From a bacterium (GTDB lineage Bacteria > Patescibacteriota > Minisyncoccia > Phycocordibacterales > VMGT01), in NCBI GenBank assembly GCA_030697645.1, contig JAUYPI010000006.1:76017-140016 (forward strand): a DNA stretch of 64,000 nucleotides, read 5' to 3'. The position numbers were made by a program, and so were the translations under genes. Shown here piece after piece: positions 8,892-17,012 of this stretch (its first letter is position 1; each line of letters opens with the position of its first letter). The notes below the pieces were generated by a model that did no database searches, was not told the origin of the DNA, and saw nothing but the letters and a program-made list of their open reading frames with translations.

Positions 8892-9050
8892 CTCCATGAT
8901 TCTTGATTCATAATTCTTACTTCATCCGTCATGTCCCTCAACCCCCAAGCAAAACTCGTCCCCAACCCTTTCGACATCGCCTCGCTCGAAAAGAAGCCCA
9001 CACGGGATGGGTTCGGGAAAGGCCTTGTTGAGGCCGGAGAGATAGAAATA
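8892..9050 (+). repeat. Partial copy 2 of the tktB 5' region (same leader; ATG at 8931; 37 native codons)
   Basis: Encodes MSLNPQAKLVPNPFDIASLEKKPTRDGFGKGLVEAGE then diverges. The leader is identical over about 45 nt to copy 1. Confidence 0.6.
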
Positions 9051-9067
9051 CATGATAAAATACGATT

Positions 9068-9436
9068 ATGCATACGATAAACCAAAAAATTAAAGAGATT
9101 ACGGACACAATCGTTAAAGAGTACCAACCGGAGAAAATTATTCTCTTTGGCTCGTATGCATGGGGCGAGCCGCATGAGTGGAGTGATGTTGACTTGCTTG
9201 TGGTAAAAGAAAGTACAAAGACGCAGCTCGAACGACGACGCGAATTGCGGCGCTTGCTTTTAGACGCAGACATGCCGCTTGATATTTTAGTGCACACAAA
9301 AAAGGAATTAGAGGACAACATCAACGAGAAACGCAATCTTTTTTTAGAAGACATAGTCCGTAATGGCCTTACACTTTACTCTGCTACGCAGGGCGAGATT
9401 GAGCTTACCCATACGCCCGCAACGCTTATTACATGA
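9068..9436 (+). CDS. Minimal nucleotidyltransferase (MNT) antitoxin-type protein
   Basis: GSYAWGEPHEWSDVDLLVV is the GSx9-13DxD nucleotidyltransferase signature. 122 aa. 4-nt ATGA overlap with the downstream HEPN gene. Confidence 0.75.
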   Translation: MHTINQKIKEITDTIVKEYQPEKIILFGSYAWGEPHEWSDVDLLVVKESTKTQLERRRELRRLLLDADMPLDILVHTKKELEDNINEKRNLFLEDIVRNGLTLYSATQGEIELTHTPATLIT

Positions 9437-10368
9437 ATGACAAAACGACACAATACGCTGGCGAGTGGTTTGAGAGAGGAGACGACGATCTCCAGGTTAT
9501 GGAAGTGCTCCTGAGGAACGAGAGTATCCCCAATGTTGTTTGTTTTCATGCGGAACAGGCGGCAGAAAAATACCTGAAAGGATTCCTGGCGCATCGTGAG
9601 CGACACGCCCGCAGGGTGCACGACTTGTCCTCACTATTGCGGGTATGCTGCGAGGTGGATGCGTCATTCAAAGCGCTACAACATGACGTAGAATTTCTTG
9701 GCGATTTGTACTTTTCGTCACGTTACCCGGACAATTACACCGTGTATCAAAAGAAGGACGCCGAGGAAGCACAGGCAGCTGCGATGCGTGTCAGGGCATT
9801 CGTCCTGGGGCGAGTAAAAGGAAACAGCGCAGATGGTGAGCCCGGCTTTGGCACCGTCGGTCTCATTGTTGGCGTTGTCGCGCTCGCGGTGTTCGTTGCT
9901 CTCGGCGCGGTCGTTTTGCGCAGCCGAGAGGGAGCGGAGGACGGCGTTGCCGCCTGCACCGAAGAAGCAAAACTCTGCCCCGACGGCACCACCGCCCTCC
10001 GCACCGGGCCGAACTGCGAGTTTGCGGAGTGTCCGCTGGTCTCCACACAAGAGGCCGGACATTTAAATGTTCAGACCGACCCCGAAATGGTTATGAGGGA
10101 GGTCGCACGACTGTTGCTTACTGCTGATAGTATTGATGCTGTGTTACCGTATTTTGACGATGGTTCTCAGTCGGTGCTCAAGCGGCGTTTTTCAGAGACA
10201 GCCCTCATGCGCTCGTTGGGTACGACTTATCAATCGGCAAAGCTTGTGGAACGAACCGATACTATTGCTACATTTGGAGTAACGGTTGCAGCGCAAGACA
10301 CGGTTTATCACGGCACGATAGTACTTTATAAGTTTGAGGATGGTAGCTGGAGGATAACTTCGCCTTGA
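9433..10368 (+). CDS. HEPN-domain protein fused to TM helix and Cys-motif extracytoplasmic domain (family member 3)
   Basis: N-terminal HEPN-like HAEQAAEKYLKGFLAHRERHARRVH (R-x5-H). Then TM GTVGLIVGVVALAVFVALGAVVL. Then CTEEAKLCPDGTTALRTGPNCEFAEC. The stop overlaps the tkt C-subunit start. Confidence 0.6.
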   Translation: MNDKTTQYAGEWFERGDDDLQVMEVLLRNESIPNVVCFHAEQAAEKYLKGFLAHRERHARRVHDLSSLLRVCCEVDASFKALQHDVEFLGDLYFSSRYPDNYTVYQKKDAEEAQAAAMRVRAFVLGRVKGNSADGEPGFGTVGLIVGVVALAVFVALGAVVLRSREGAEDGVAACTEEAKLCPDGTTALRTGPNCEFAECPLVSTQEAGHLNVQTDPEMVMREVARLLLTADSIDAVLPYFDDGSQSVLKRRFSETALMRSLGTTYQSAKLVERTDTIATFGVTVAAQDTVYHGTIVLYKFEDGSWRITSP

Positions 10369-11390
10369 ATTGTATGATTTACAGAGACGCGCATCTCGTC
10401 GAAAACCCTTTCGACCTCACCGCGCTCGAGAAAAAGCCGACGCGCGATGGGTTTGGAAAAGGCCTCGTTGAGGCTGGGGAGAAAGACCCCCGCGTGGTGG
10501 TGCTGTGCGCTGACCTTGCGGATTCCACGCGCGCGCAGTGGTTTCGGGATAAGTTTCCGGATCGCTACATCGAGCTTGGAGTTGCGGAGCAGAACATGGC
10601 GACGGTTGCAAGCGGGCTTGCGAACTACGGGAAGATTCCCTTCATGGCCTCATACGCGGCATTCAATCCGGGGCGCAACAATGAGCAAATCAGGACGACG
10701 ATCGCGCTCAATAATGTGCCGGTGAAAATCGTGGGCTCGCATGGCGGTATCAGCGTCGCGCAGGACGGTGCCACGCACCAGGCGCTCGAAGATGTGGGAC
10801 TTATGCGTATGCAGCCGAACATGGTGGTCATTGTGCCAGTGGATGCCGAAGAGGCGCGGAAGGCAACGTATGCTGCGGCGTTCAACGGGGCTCCGACATA
10901 TCTCCGCTACACGCGTGACAACCGGCCGGTGTTCACCACCGCCGACTCTCCGTTTGAGATAGGGAGGGCGAATTTGCTCTGGGACGGTAATCCCGAGGGA
11001 GACCTCGACGTCGCTGTCATCGGCTGCTCCCCGGTCCTGCACAATGCGCTCATGGCGGTTAAAGAGCTCGCCGAAGAGCGCGGACTTAAGATTGCGGTGC
11101 TGAATTGCCACACAATAAAACCGCTCGACCGCGATGCGATTGTCGGCATTGCAAAGCGAGCCGGAGCCGTTGTCACCGCCGAGGAACACCAAATCGCTGG
11201 CGGCATGGGCTCGGCAATCGCAGAACTACTTGTCCAAGAACATCCAGTACCGATTGAATTCGTCGGCGTCCACGATCGCTTCGGCCAGTCAGGAACCGTC
11301 GAGGAACTTTTCAAGGAATACGGCCTCGATGCGTCGCACATCAAGGAGGCGATCGTGCGGGTGCATGGACGAAAACAAGCCCTTAACTAA
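10365..11390 (+). CDS. Transketolase, C-terminal (pyrimidine-binding/C-terminal domain) subunit
   Basis: NPFDLTALEKKPTRDGFGKG..GSHGGISVAQDGATHQALEDVGLMR, plus a C-terminal domain. The first ~13 codons differ from the two upstream fragment copies. The tracked start is TTG at 10365; the true start may be the ATG at 10374. Confidence 0.85.
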   Translation: MNCMIYRDAHLVENPFDLTALEKKPTRDGFGKGLVEAGEKDPRVVVLCADLADSTRAQWFRDKFPDRYIELGVAEQNMATVASGLANYGKIPFMASYAAFNPGRNNEQIRTTIALNNVPVKIVGSHGGISVAQDGATHQALEDVGLMRMQPNMVVIVPVDAEEARKATYAAAFNGAPTYLRYTRDNRPVFTTADSPFEIGRANLLWDGNPEGDLDVAVIGCSPVLHNALMAVKELAEERGLKIAVLNCHTIKPLDRDAIVGIAKRAGAVVTAEEHQIAGGMGSAIAELLVQEHPVPIEFVGVHDRFGQSGTVEELFKEYGLDASHIKEAIVRVHGRKQALN

Positions 11391-11526
11391 TTACTAATCA
11401 ATATCTAAACGATCTGAATTATGGGGCTAGAATTATGAATCATGGGGGTTTTGAATGGTGAAAATTCAAACAAGTATACGCGACCATAATTCATGATTCC
11501 TACTTCTTAATTCACCGTGACCAATC

Positions 11527-12096
11527 GTGCAAAAAATCATCGTTGCCTCAAAAAATCCGGTGAAGATACATGCGGCGGAGGATGGATTTCGGCTCATGTT
11601 TCCCGAGGGAGCATTTGAGATCGAGGGCGTCACGGTACCTTCCGGCGTCCCTGACCAACCGATGTCGGACGCGGAAACTTTTGCGGGCGCATGGAACCGC
11701 GCCACGGGTGCGAGCGGGGTGGCGGCAGACGCGCATTTTTATGTCGGCATCGAGGGCGGGATTGAGGAGCGAGACGGCGAACTTGCTGCTCTCGCGTGGG
11801 TGGTTGTGCGCTCAAGCGACGGCAGGTTCGGGAAGGGAAGGAGTGGGACATTCTTTCTACCGGAGCGTCTTGCGGTGCTTGTACGCGCTGGCCGCGAGCT
11901 CGGCGATGCGAGCGACGAAGTCTTTAACGAGAAGAATTCTAAACAAGGCCTCGGCACCGTGGGGTTCCTCTCTGGCGGTGTTATGGATCGGACACAATAT
12001 TATGTGAGTGCTGTCACCCTCGCGCTATTTCCGTTCCGGAACGCGCATTTGTATTCAAACCGCATAGCTACCGCATTTCTGCGGTCGCAAAAATGA
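11527..12096 (+). CDS. yjjX: Inosine/xanthosine triphosphatase (YjjX/DUF84 family)
   Basis: VASKNPVKIHAAEDGF...VPSGVPDQPMSDAETFAGAWNRA...ALFPF pattern matches YjjX. GTG start. Confidence 0.65.
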   Translation: MQKIIVASKNPVKIHAAEDGFRLMFPEGAFEIEGVTVPSGVPDQPMSDAETFAGAWNRATGASGVAADAHFYVGIEGGIEERDGELAALAWVVVRSSDGRFGKGRSGTFFLPERLAVLVRAGRELGDASDEVFNEKNSKQGLGTVGFLSGGVMDRTQYYVSAVTLALFPFRNAHLYSNRIATAFLRSQK

Positions 12097-12706
12097 CGTG
12101 GAAGGGTTTGCAGTAGATGATGACGGAGTCGTATCGGCTTATATCCGTGCCCGCAGGGACGGGATAGTTTTGGTTCCCGCGGTTGCCTTTGAGTGCAGCG
12201 AGCTCGATGCTCTGCGCTGGGTCGCTGCCGCGCGCAAGAAGCACGCGTAAATCCGGCCCGTTCGTGACAGAGAAGTTTTCAAGGCGAAGAACTGACGAAC
12301 CGTCGGCAAGCCGGTAGAGCGTTGCGCCTCCTGACGCCTGGTGGAAGCTGTCACGGCCGGTGAAGGTTCCGGAGCCGAGGGCGGTAGGCCCTGCAGGTTC
12401 TTGAGGTACCTCTGTAGAGTTACCGCTCATACCACTCTCGTCGCCCATCATTCCCTCATTGTTCATCATGGGCATCGGCTCACTCATCATACTGTCCGGC
12501 ATCGTGGCCGCGGCGTCCATGATGTCTTCACGCATCATCTCGAGCTGCTCCGGCGGCATACCCTCCATGAGCGAGGGATCATGCGCGAGCATGTCAGCAG
12601 TCGGGAACGCTTCGTTAATCTCACGATTCAGGAAGAGCGGCGAGCCAAGATACCAGGCTGCGACACCGAGAGCAATGACGGTCATGGCGTAAATATATTT
12701 TTTCAT
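12068..12706 (-). CDS. Secreted DM13-domain protein with Met-rich linker
   Basis: Signal anchor MKKYIYAMTVIALGVAAWYL. Met-rich MMREDIMDAAATMPDSMMSEPMPMMNNEGMMG. C-terminal DM13-like region GTFTG...LRLENFSVTNGPDLRVLLA...YCKPFHVIFATA. Confidence 0.55.
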   Translation of the reverse strand: MKKYIYAMTVIALGVAAWYLGSPLFLNREINEAFPTADMLAHDPSLMEGMPPEQLEMMREDIMDAAATMPDSMMSEPMPMMNNEGMMGDESGMSGNSTEVPQEPAGPTALGSGTFTGRDSFHQASGGATLYRLADGSSVLRLENFSVTNGPDLRVLLARGSDPAQSIELAALKGNRGNQNYPVPAGTDISRYDSVIIYCKPFHVIFATAEMR

Positions 12707-12763
12707 ATTTTATCACCACGCTTGCGGGGGCGACGCTTGTGCTCAATACTATAGTAATACGGT

Positions 12764-13732
12764 ATGGTCCGCAACGAACAGAAAAACGAATCGAAACTTG
12801 ATGCGGGTATATTCGACGATGCCAAACGCTCTCTTACTCCCGAACAATACGCCGTGACACAGCAAAAGACGACCGAACGGCCGTTCGAGAACAAGTATTG
12901 GGACAATAAAGCGCACGGGAAGTATCGGTGCGTGGTTTGCGGTGCGCCACTTTTTTCTTCAGAGGAAAAGTTTGACTCCGGCACGGGCTGGCCGAGTTTT
13001 ACGGCACCGACATCCGAGAGTGCGCTCGCCATGGCTGAAGATACGACGCAAGCCAGCGAACGCACCGAGGCGCTCTGCGCGCGCTGTGGTGCGCACTTAG
13101 GGCACGTCTTTGACGACGGGCCGCGCGAGCGCGGCGGCAAGCGCTACTGTATCAATTCGGCGTCGCTCGATTTTACGCCGCAGAACGCAAGCGAGGTAGC
13201 TCCCAGAGTTCGAGACCCCATTGCGAACGATATTTCGGACGCGCTCACGGCGAACACAACACCAGAACACGCGCCGACCGAGACCGCCACATTTGCGGCT
13301 GGTTGTTTTTGGGGTGTGGAGGCTGGGTTCCGAGAACTGGCAGGCGTCGTTACTGTTACAGTGGGATATTCAGGCGGGCAGACAAAAAACCCCTCGTACG
13401 CCGAGGTCTGCGGCGGCACGACGGGCCACGCTGAGGCAGTGAGTGTCGAGTACGACTCACGGAAGATTTCGTACGACGAGCTGCTTGCGGCGTTTTGGGC
13501 GATGCACGATCCGACCGAGCGCAATCGCCAAGGGCCGGACGTCGGCAGTCAGTACCGCTCGATCATTTTTTATCATACACAGGAACAGGAGCGTTCTGCC
13601 CGCGCCTCAAAAGAGGCGTTCGAGAGGGAGGGGAAGTACGGAGCGAAGACGATCGTGACCGAGATCATCCCCGCGACACCGTTCTACCGAGCAGAGGAGT
13701 ACCACCAGCAGTATTTTGCAAAACAGCGGTAA
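12764..13732 (+). CDS. msrAB: Peptide methionine sulfoxide reductase MsrB-MsrA fusion
   Basis: MsrB: YRCVVCGAPLFSS...CARCGAHLGHVF. MsrA: GCFWGVEAGFRELAGVVTVTVGYSGG. Confidence 0.85.
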   Translation: MVRNEQKNESKLDAGIFDDAKRSLTPEQYAVTQQKTTERPFENKYWDNKAHGKYRCVVCGAPLFSSEEKFDSGTGWPSFTAPTSESALAMAEDTTQASERTEALCARCGAHLGHVFDDGPRERGGKRYCINSASLDFTPQNASEVAPRVRDPIANDISDALTANTTPEHAPTETATFAAGCFWGVEAGFRELAGVVTVTVGYSGGQTKNPSYAEVCGGTTGHAEAVSVEYDSRKISYDELLAAFWAMHDPTERNRQGPDVGSQYRSIIFYHTQEQERSARASKEAFEREGKYGAKTIVTEIIPATPFYRAEEYHQQYFAKQR

Positions 13733-13786
13733 CTGATTTTGTACTAAAAACTCTTGCTTTTTTTAAATAGATATGGTATCCTTTTG

Positions 13787-13818
13787 TTGGATAGTTGGAT
13801 AGTTGGATAGTTGGATAG
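13787..13818. repeat. Tandem octamer repeat (TTGGATAG)x4
   Basis: Exact four-fold tandem repeat upstream of the 13865 gene. Confidence 0.8.
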
Positions 13819-13864
13819 GCGGGGTAAACCGCCGCACATTGACTTTCGAGAGAGGAGTGAGGTC

Positions 13865-14539
13865 ATGGCAGAAGATCAAGAACCGCGGATGAAGGCGTTA
13901 GCGCGGCTTAATGAGATGGAGCTTTCTCCAACAAACCCTCATGTGCGTGCTGCCGCAAAGCGACTCCGTTTTAAACCTGAAACCCTCGTTAAGCGGACAG
14001 AGGAGGCGTTCCCGTCAAAATTTGAACAGCGAGTTTATGTCATCATAAGCCGCATATGGAAGCGAGCCGCGCACCCGGAAACCATCTCCGCATGTTTCCG
14101 CTATTTTAATAGCGGACAAGATCTCTACCCAGCCGATTTCGGTGCGAAGGGTAAAGGCAACAGGGTGCTTGAGAATACTGCGCAGACTCTCTTACTAATG
14201 AGCCGAGGGTTTGTCAGTAAGGACGTGGCAATGCGCTTTGTGGAGCGGTTTGGGGATCGGGCAGAAGAAGTGTACAACCTGATCGGGGATAATCTCCAGA
14301 CCCTTATGCGCAAGCTTGGTATGCGCACCTTTTCATCGCAAGCGATGATGGGGATTCTCTACGCAGTTGCGTATTCAGACAGTGAACACCCGGAAGTGCT
14401 AGATCTCGATATTGTCACCGTTGACGATGTTGAAATGGTTCTTGGCCATTTTACGGAATGGCCTGATGATAACCAGAAAGACATCGTAGCCCTGGGGCGC
14501 GTAGAAGAAGACGCATATGAAGAAAGGGGTGATGAATAA
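13865..14539 (+). CDS. Hypothetical protein (start at MAEDQEP; the tracked ORF start at 13811 lies inside the tandem repeat)
   Basis: ORF in a lower-GC segment. Translationally coupled (TAATG) to the next gene. Confidence 0.45.
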   Translation: MAEDQEPRMKALARLNEMELSPTNPHVRAAAKRLRFKPETLVKRTEEAFPSKFEQRVYVIISRIWKRAAHPETISACFRYFNSGQDLYPADFGAKGKGNRVLENTAQTLLLMSRGFVSKDVAMRFVERFGDRAEEVYNLIGDNLQTLMRKLGMRTFSSQAMMGILYAVAYSDSEHPEVLDLDIVTVDDVEMVLGHFTEWPDDNQKDIVALGRVEEDAYEERGDE

Positions 14540-15909
14540 TGGACTGGGGGAGTGAAATCCTGGATGAATTGGAGGGCAAGAAGAAAATACCGGCGAATGT
14601 CCTTGCATTGATCAGGCCGTCAGTCGCACTTCTGGACCTTGGCCTCCCGGTGGATGTTCTCTATGAACATACACGGTGGAGCATCCGAGATCTATTGAGA
14701 CGGGTGCATCCTGACCAACGACAAGGCGAGATGGTTGCAGGGTTGAAGACACTTTCTGACGCCTTTGATTTTATCAAAGACCAGGAAGTGTTTGCTGACG
14801 CATTGACTAAGGCGCGAGATGACCGTTCGTATGAGCGTCTTGGAGAACGTTCACTTCGGGCACGAATTCAGAGCTTACAGGATGATATTGCAAATCTGCG
14901 CGCGCGGCTTCATCATCAAGAACAGGCCCATCCGGAAGATATAGCGCAGTTAAAAGTGCAACATCAAGCTGACCTGCGTGCGCTCAGAGAGGCGCAGGAA
15001 AGACGTGAAGCGTTCTTTCAGGCACAGGAATCTAAAATCCGGTTCGGCGAATGGTTTCAGAGTTACCTTGCGGGGCGGATGATGGGCTTTGCTTCAAAGA
15101 GTGGAAGTGTCAGGCCGATCACCGGACATATGCAGATCATCGTCGCCTCGTTCGCTTTTTCTTTTTCCGCTCCTCCTGACGAGAAACGAAAATCCGAAAT
15201 GTACGCGAGGTACACCGAAGCGGTGGAGAAATTAGCGCGTGGCAGAAAAGTACTGCCCAAAGAGAAATCCGATCCTCTGCGCGATTTCATCGCAAGCCAC
15301 AACCTTGCTGCGGTCCCGGCCATCGAGTTGTTCGAGCGAGCGAAATCCTCCGGACTCAATGCGCCAGAGATCAGATGGAGTTTCCGACATGCACGGCGCG
15401 AACTGGATCTGACTCGCATGGGAGGTGCAGATCCAGGAGGGGTTGTACAAGAAACATCGCTGGAAGGATGGACGAGCGCGTTAGAAAACAGATACCAAGA
15501 GGCTCTCGAATACCTTGCTCGCGGGTTGAGTGTGCTGTACATAGATCGAGCTGCTGTTATGCCCCAGAGGATTACTATTGATCATCAAGTATTCGAAGGG
15601 GATGCGGTAAGTAAGGCCCGACTGTATCTACTTGGCACCGTGGATCCTGCAATAGCGTTTGAACACCATTATATTCCACCCGCGGAATATACATCTCCTC
15701 GCCTGCAGCTCACCGACGCGATTGTTCCGCACGTTGAGCCGTTTCTATGCCCTGGACGGGGGATCGTTGGACTTTCTGGCGCTCAACCGTTTACCTTGAC
15801 ACCGATATATCCCAATACCGAATGGGAACAACTCATGGAACGAAAGGAGACGATGACGAAAAGTAAAAGTACTTTATTTTTTTCTCACATCGTTCTTGGT
15901 GTGGAATAG
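14539..15909 (+). CDS. Hypothetical protein (456 aa) with central coiled-coil
   Basis: Long ORF. Coiled-coil region RARIQSLQDDIANLRARLHHQEQAH. Terminator follows. Confidence 0.5.
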   Translation: MDWGSEILDELEGKKKIPANVLALIRPSVALLDLGLPVDVLYEHTRWSIRDLLRRVHPDQRQGEMVAGLKTLSDAFDFIKDQEVFADALTKARDDRSYERLGERSLRARIQSLQDDIANLRARLHHQEQAHPEDIAQLKVQHQADLRALREAQERREAFFQAQESKIRFGEWFQSYLAGRMMGFASKSGSVRPITGHMQIIVASFAFSFSAPPDEKRKSEMYARYTEAVEKLARGRKVLPKEKSDPLRDFIASHNLAAVPAIELFERAKSSGLNAPEIRWSFRHARRELDLTRMGGADPGGVVQETSLEGWTSALENRYQEALEYLARGLSVLYIDRAAVMPQRITIDHQVFEGDAVSKARLYLLGTVDPAIAFEHHYIPPAEYTSPRLQLTDAIVPHVEPFLCPGRGIVGLSGAQPFTLTPIYPNTEWEQLMERKETMTKSKSTLFFSHIVLGVE

Positions 15910-15918
15910 TTACTCTAT

Positions 15919-15962
15919 ATCACCCCAATGCTCACTGTTTGTGCGCATTGGGGTGATTTTTA
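15919..15962 (+). terminator. Rho-independent terminator
   Basis: 12-bp stem atcaccccaatg/cattggggtgat followed by ttttat. Confidence 0.6.
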
Positions 15963-16061
15963 TAGTCGTCATTTGGGGTCTGATCCTCACCCTTCGGTAG
16001 CATTTTTTATGGTCTATAACGTGAGTTTTGTGTTGCCGTAAAGATGCGGTAGGATATATGA

Positions 16062-16388
16062 ATGGAACATCGAATGTCATACACAATCCGCGGGTTTTTT
16101 GATTTTGTGCGCGAGCAGGGCGTGGTCGGCTTTGCGGTCGGCTTCATGGTCGGCGGAGCGGCAACACGGCTTGTCGGTTCGCTCGTCGGGGACGTCATTA
16201 ATCCGCTTCTCGGCCTTGCGCTTGGTGCCGCTGGCGATTTAAGTGAGGAGTCGCTTAGAGTAGGATCCGCTGTGGTGAAATGGGGGAACCTCGTCAAAAC
16301 GGCCATCGACTTCATTATCGTTGCGGCCGTCGTCTATGTTGGGGTGCGGATGCTGGGACTCGACAAGGTTGATAAGAAGAAGCAATGA
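16062..16388 (+). CDS. mscL: Large-conductance mechanosensitive channel MscL
   Basis: RGFFDFVREQGVVGFAVGFMVGGAATRLVGSLVGDVINPLLG. About 100 aa. The true start may be the ATG at 16074. Confidence 0.8.
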   Translation: MEHRMSYTIRGFFDFVREQGVVGFAVGFMVGGAATRLVGSLVGDVINPLLGLALGAAGDLSEESLRVGSAVVKWGNLVKTAIDFIIVAAVVYVGVRMLGLDKVDKKKQ

Positions 16389-16468
16389 CGTATTGAACAC
16401 GGGCACAAAAAACACGCCACGCAAAACTGTCACGCGGCGGGTTTGATGTTGTACGGAAATAGTAGACG

Positions 16469-16672
16469 CTATACCGGAGATACCTGTTGTTCAATCATGC
16501 GGTGACAGTCAGCGACTGAAATCAGGGGCTCTCCCGGATGCTTTTCGTCCATATGCGCCTTGATGCCGGCCTCATTCATCATGCTCTTAAATTTCGCGAC
16601 TGCCTCGTCTCTGGTCGCGGCTTCTACGGTCATCGTATCGCCGCACGGGCATGTCATTTTATATGAAGTCAT
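16469..16672 (-). CDS. Small conserved protein (DUF1059-like)
   Basis: 67 aa, MTSYKMTCPCGDTMTVEAATRDEAVAKFKSMMNEAGIKAHMDEKHP. Confidence 0.4.
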   Translation of the reverse strand: MTSYKMTCPCGDTMTVEAATRDEAVAKFKSMMNEAGIKAHMDEKHPGEPLISVADCHRMIEQQVSPV

Positions 16673-16791
16673 AATTTTTTCTGTATATTGCTAAACTCTC
16701 GACCAGTATACATGGTAGCACGGTATAGATTTTCTTACGATGCTGTGGCCGTGCGGGTGTTTCTTTTTTCTGCTACAATGAGGCTGTTTTT

Positions 16792-16865
16792 GCGGCCGTA
16801 GCTTAGCCTGGAAAAGCGCTGCCCTGTCACGGCAGAGATCGAGGGTTCAAATCCCTTCGGCCGCG
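16792..16865 (+). tRNA. tRNA-Asp (anticodon GTC)
   Basis: Acceptor GCGGCCG/CGGCCGC. Anticodon stem CTGCC/GGCAG with loop CTGTCAC. T-arm GAGGGTTCAAATCCCTTC. No encoded CCA. TACAAT -10 about 15 nt upstream. Confidence 0.8.
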
Positions 16866-17012
16866 CAAAGCTAAAAAGACCCTTGTTTAGCGGTCCTTTT
16901 TAGTTGCCCGAATCTGAGTAAAGTATTTTCCAATCAAGATAGGGCCCTGAAATAGAACAGTCGATCCGTGAGGCGTCAAATCTGGTGCGAACTTGTCATC
17001 CGAGAGTAACGG

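Noticed and set aside
5968-10364. Integron or integrase-driven cassette array
   Set aside because: No integrase, attC-like sites or transposase were found in or near the insertion. I describe only the structural evidence (fragment duplications) and leave the mechanism open.
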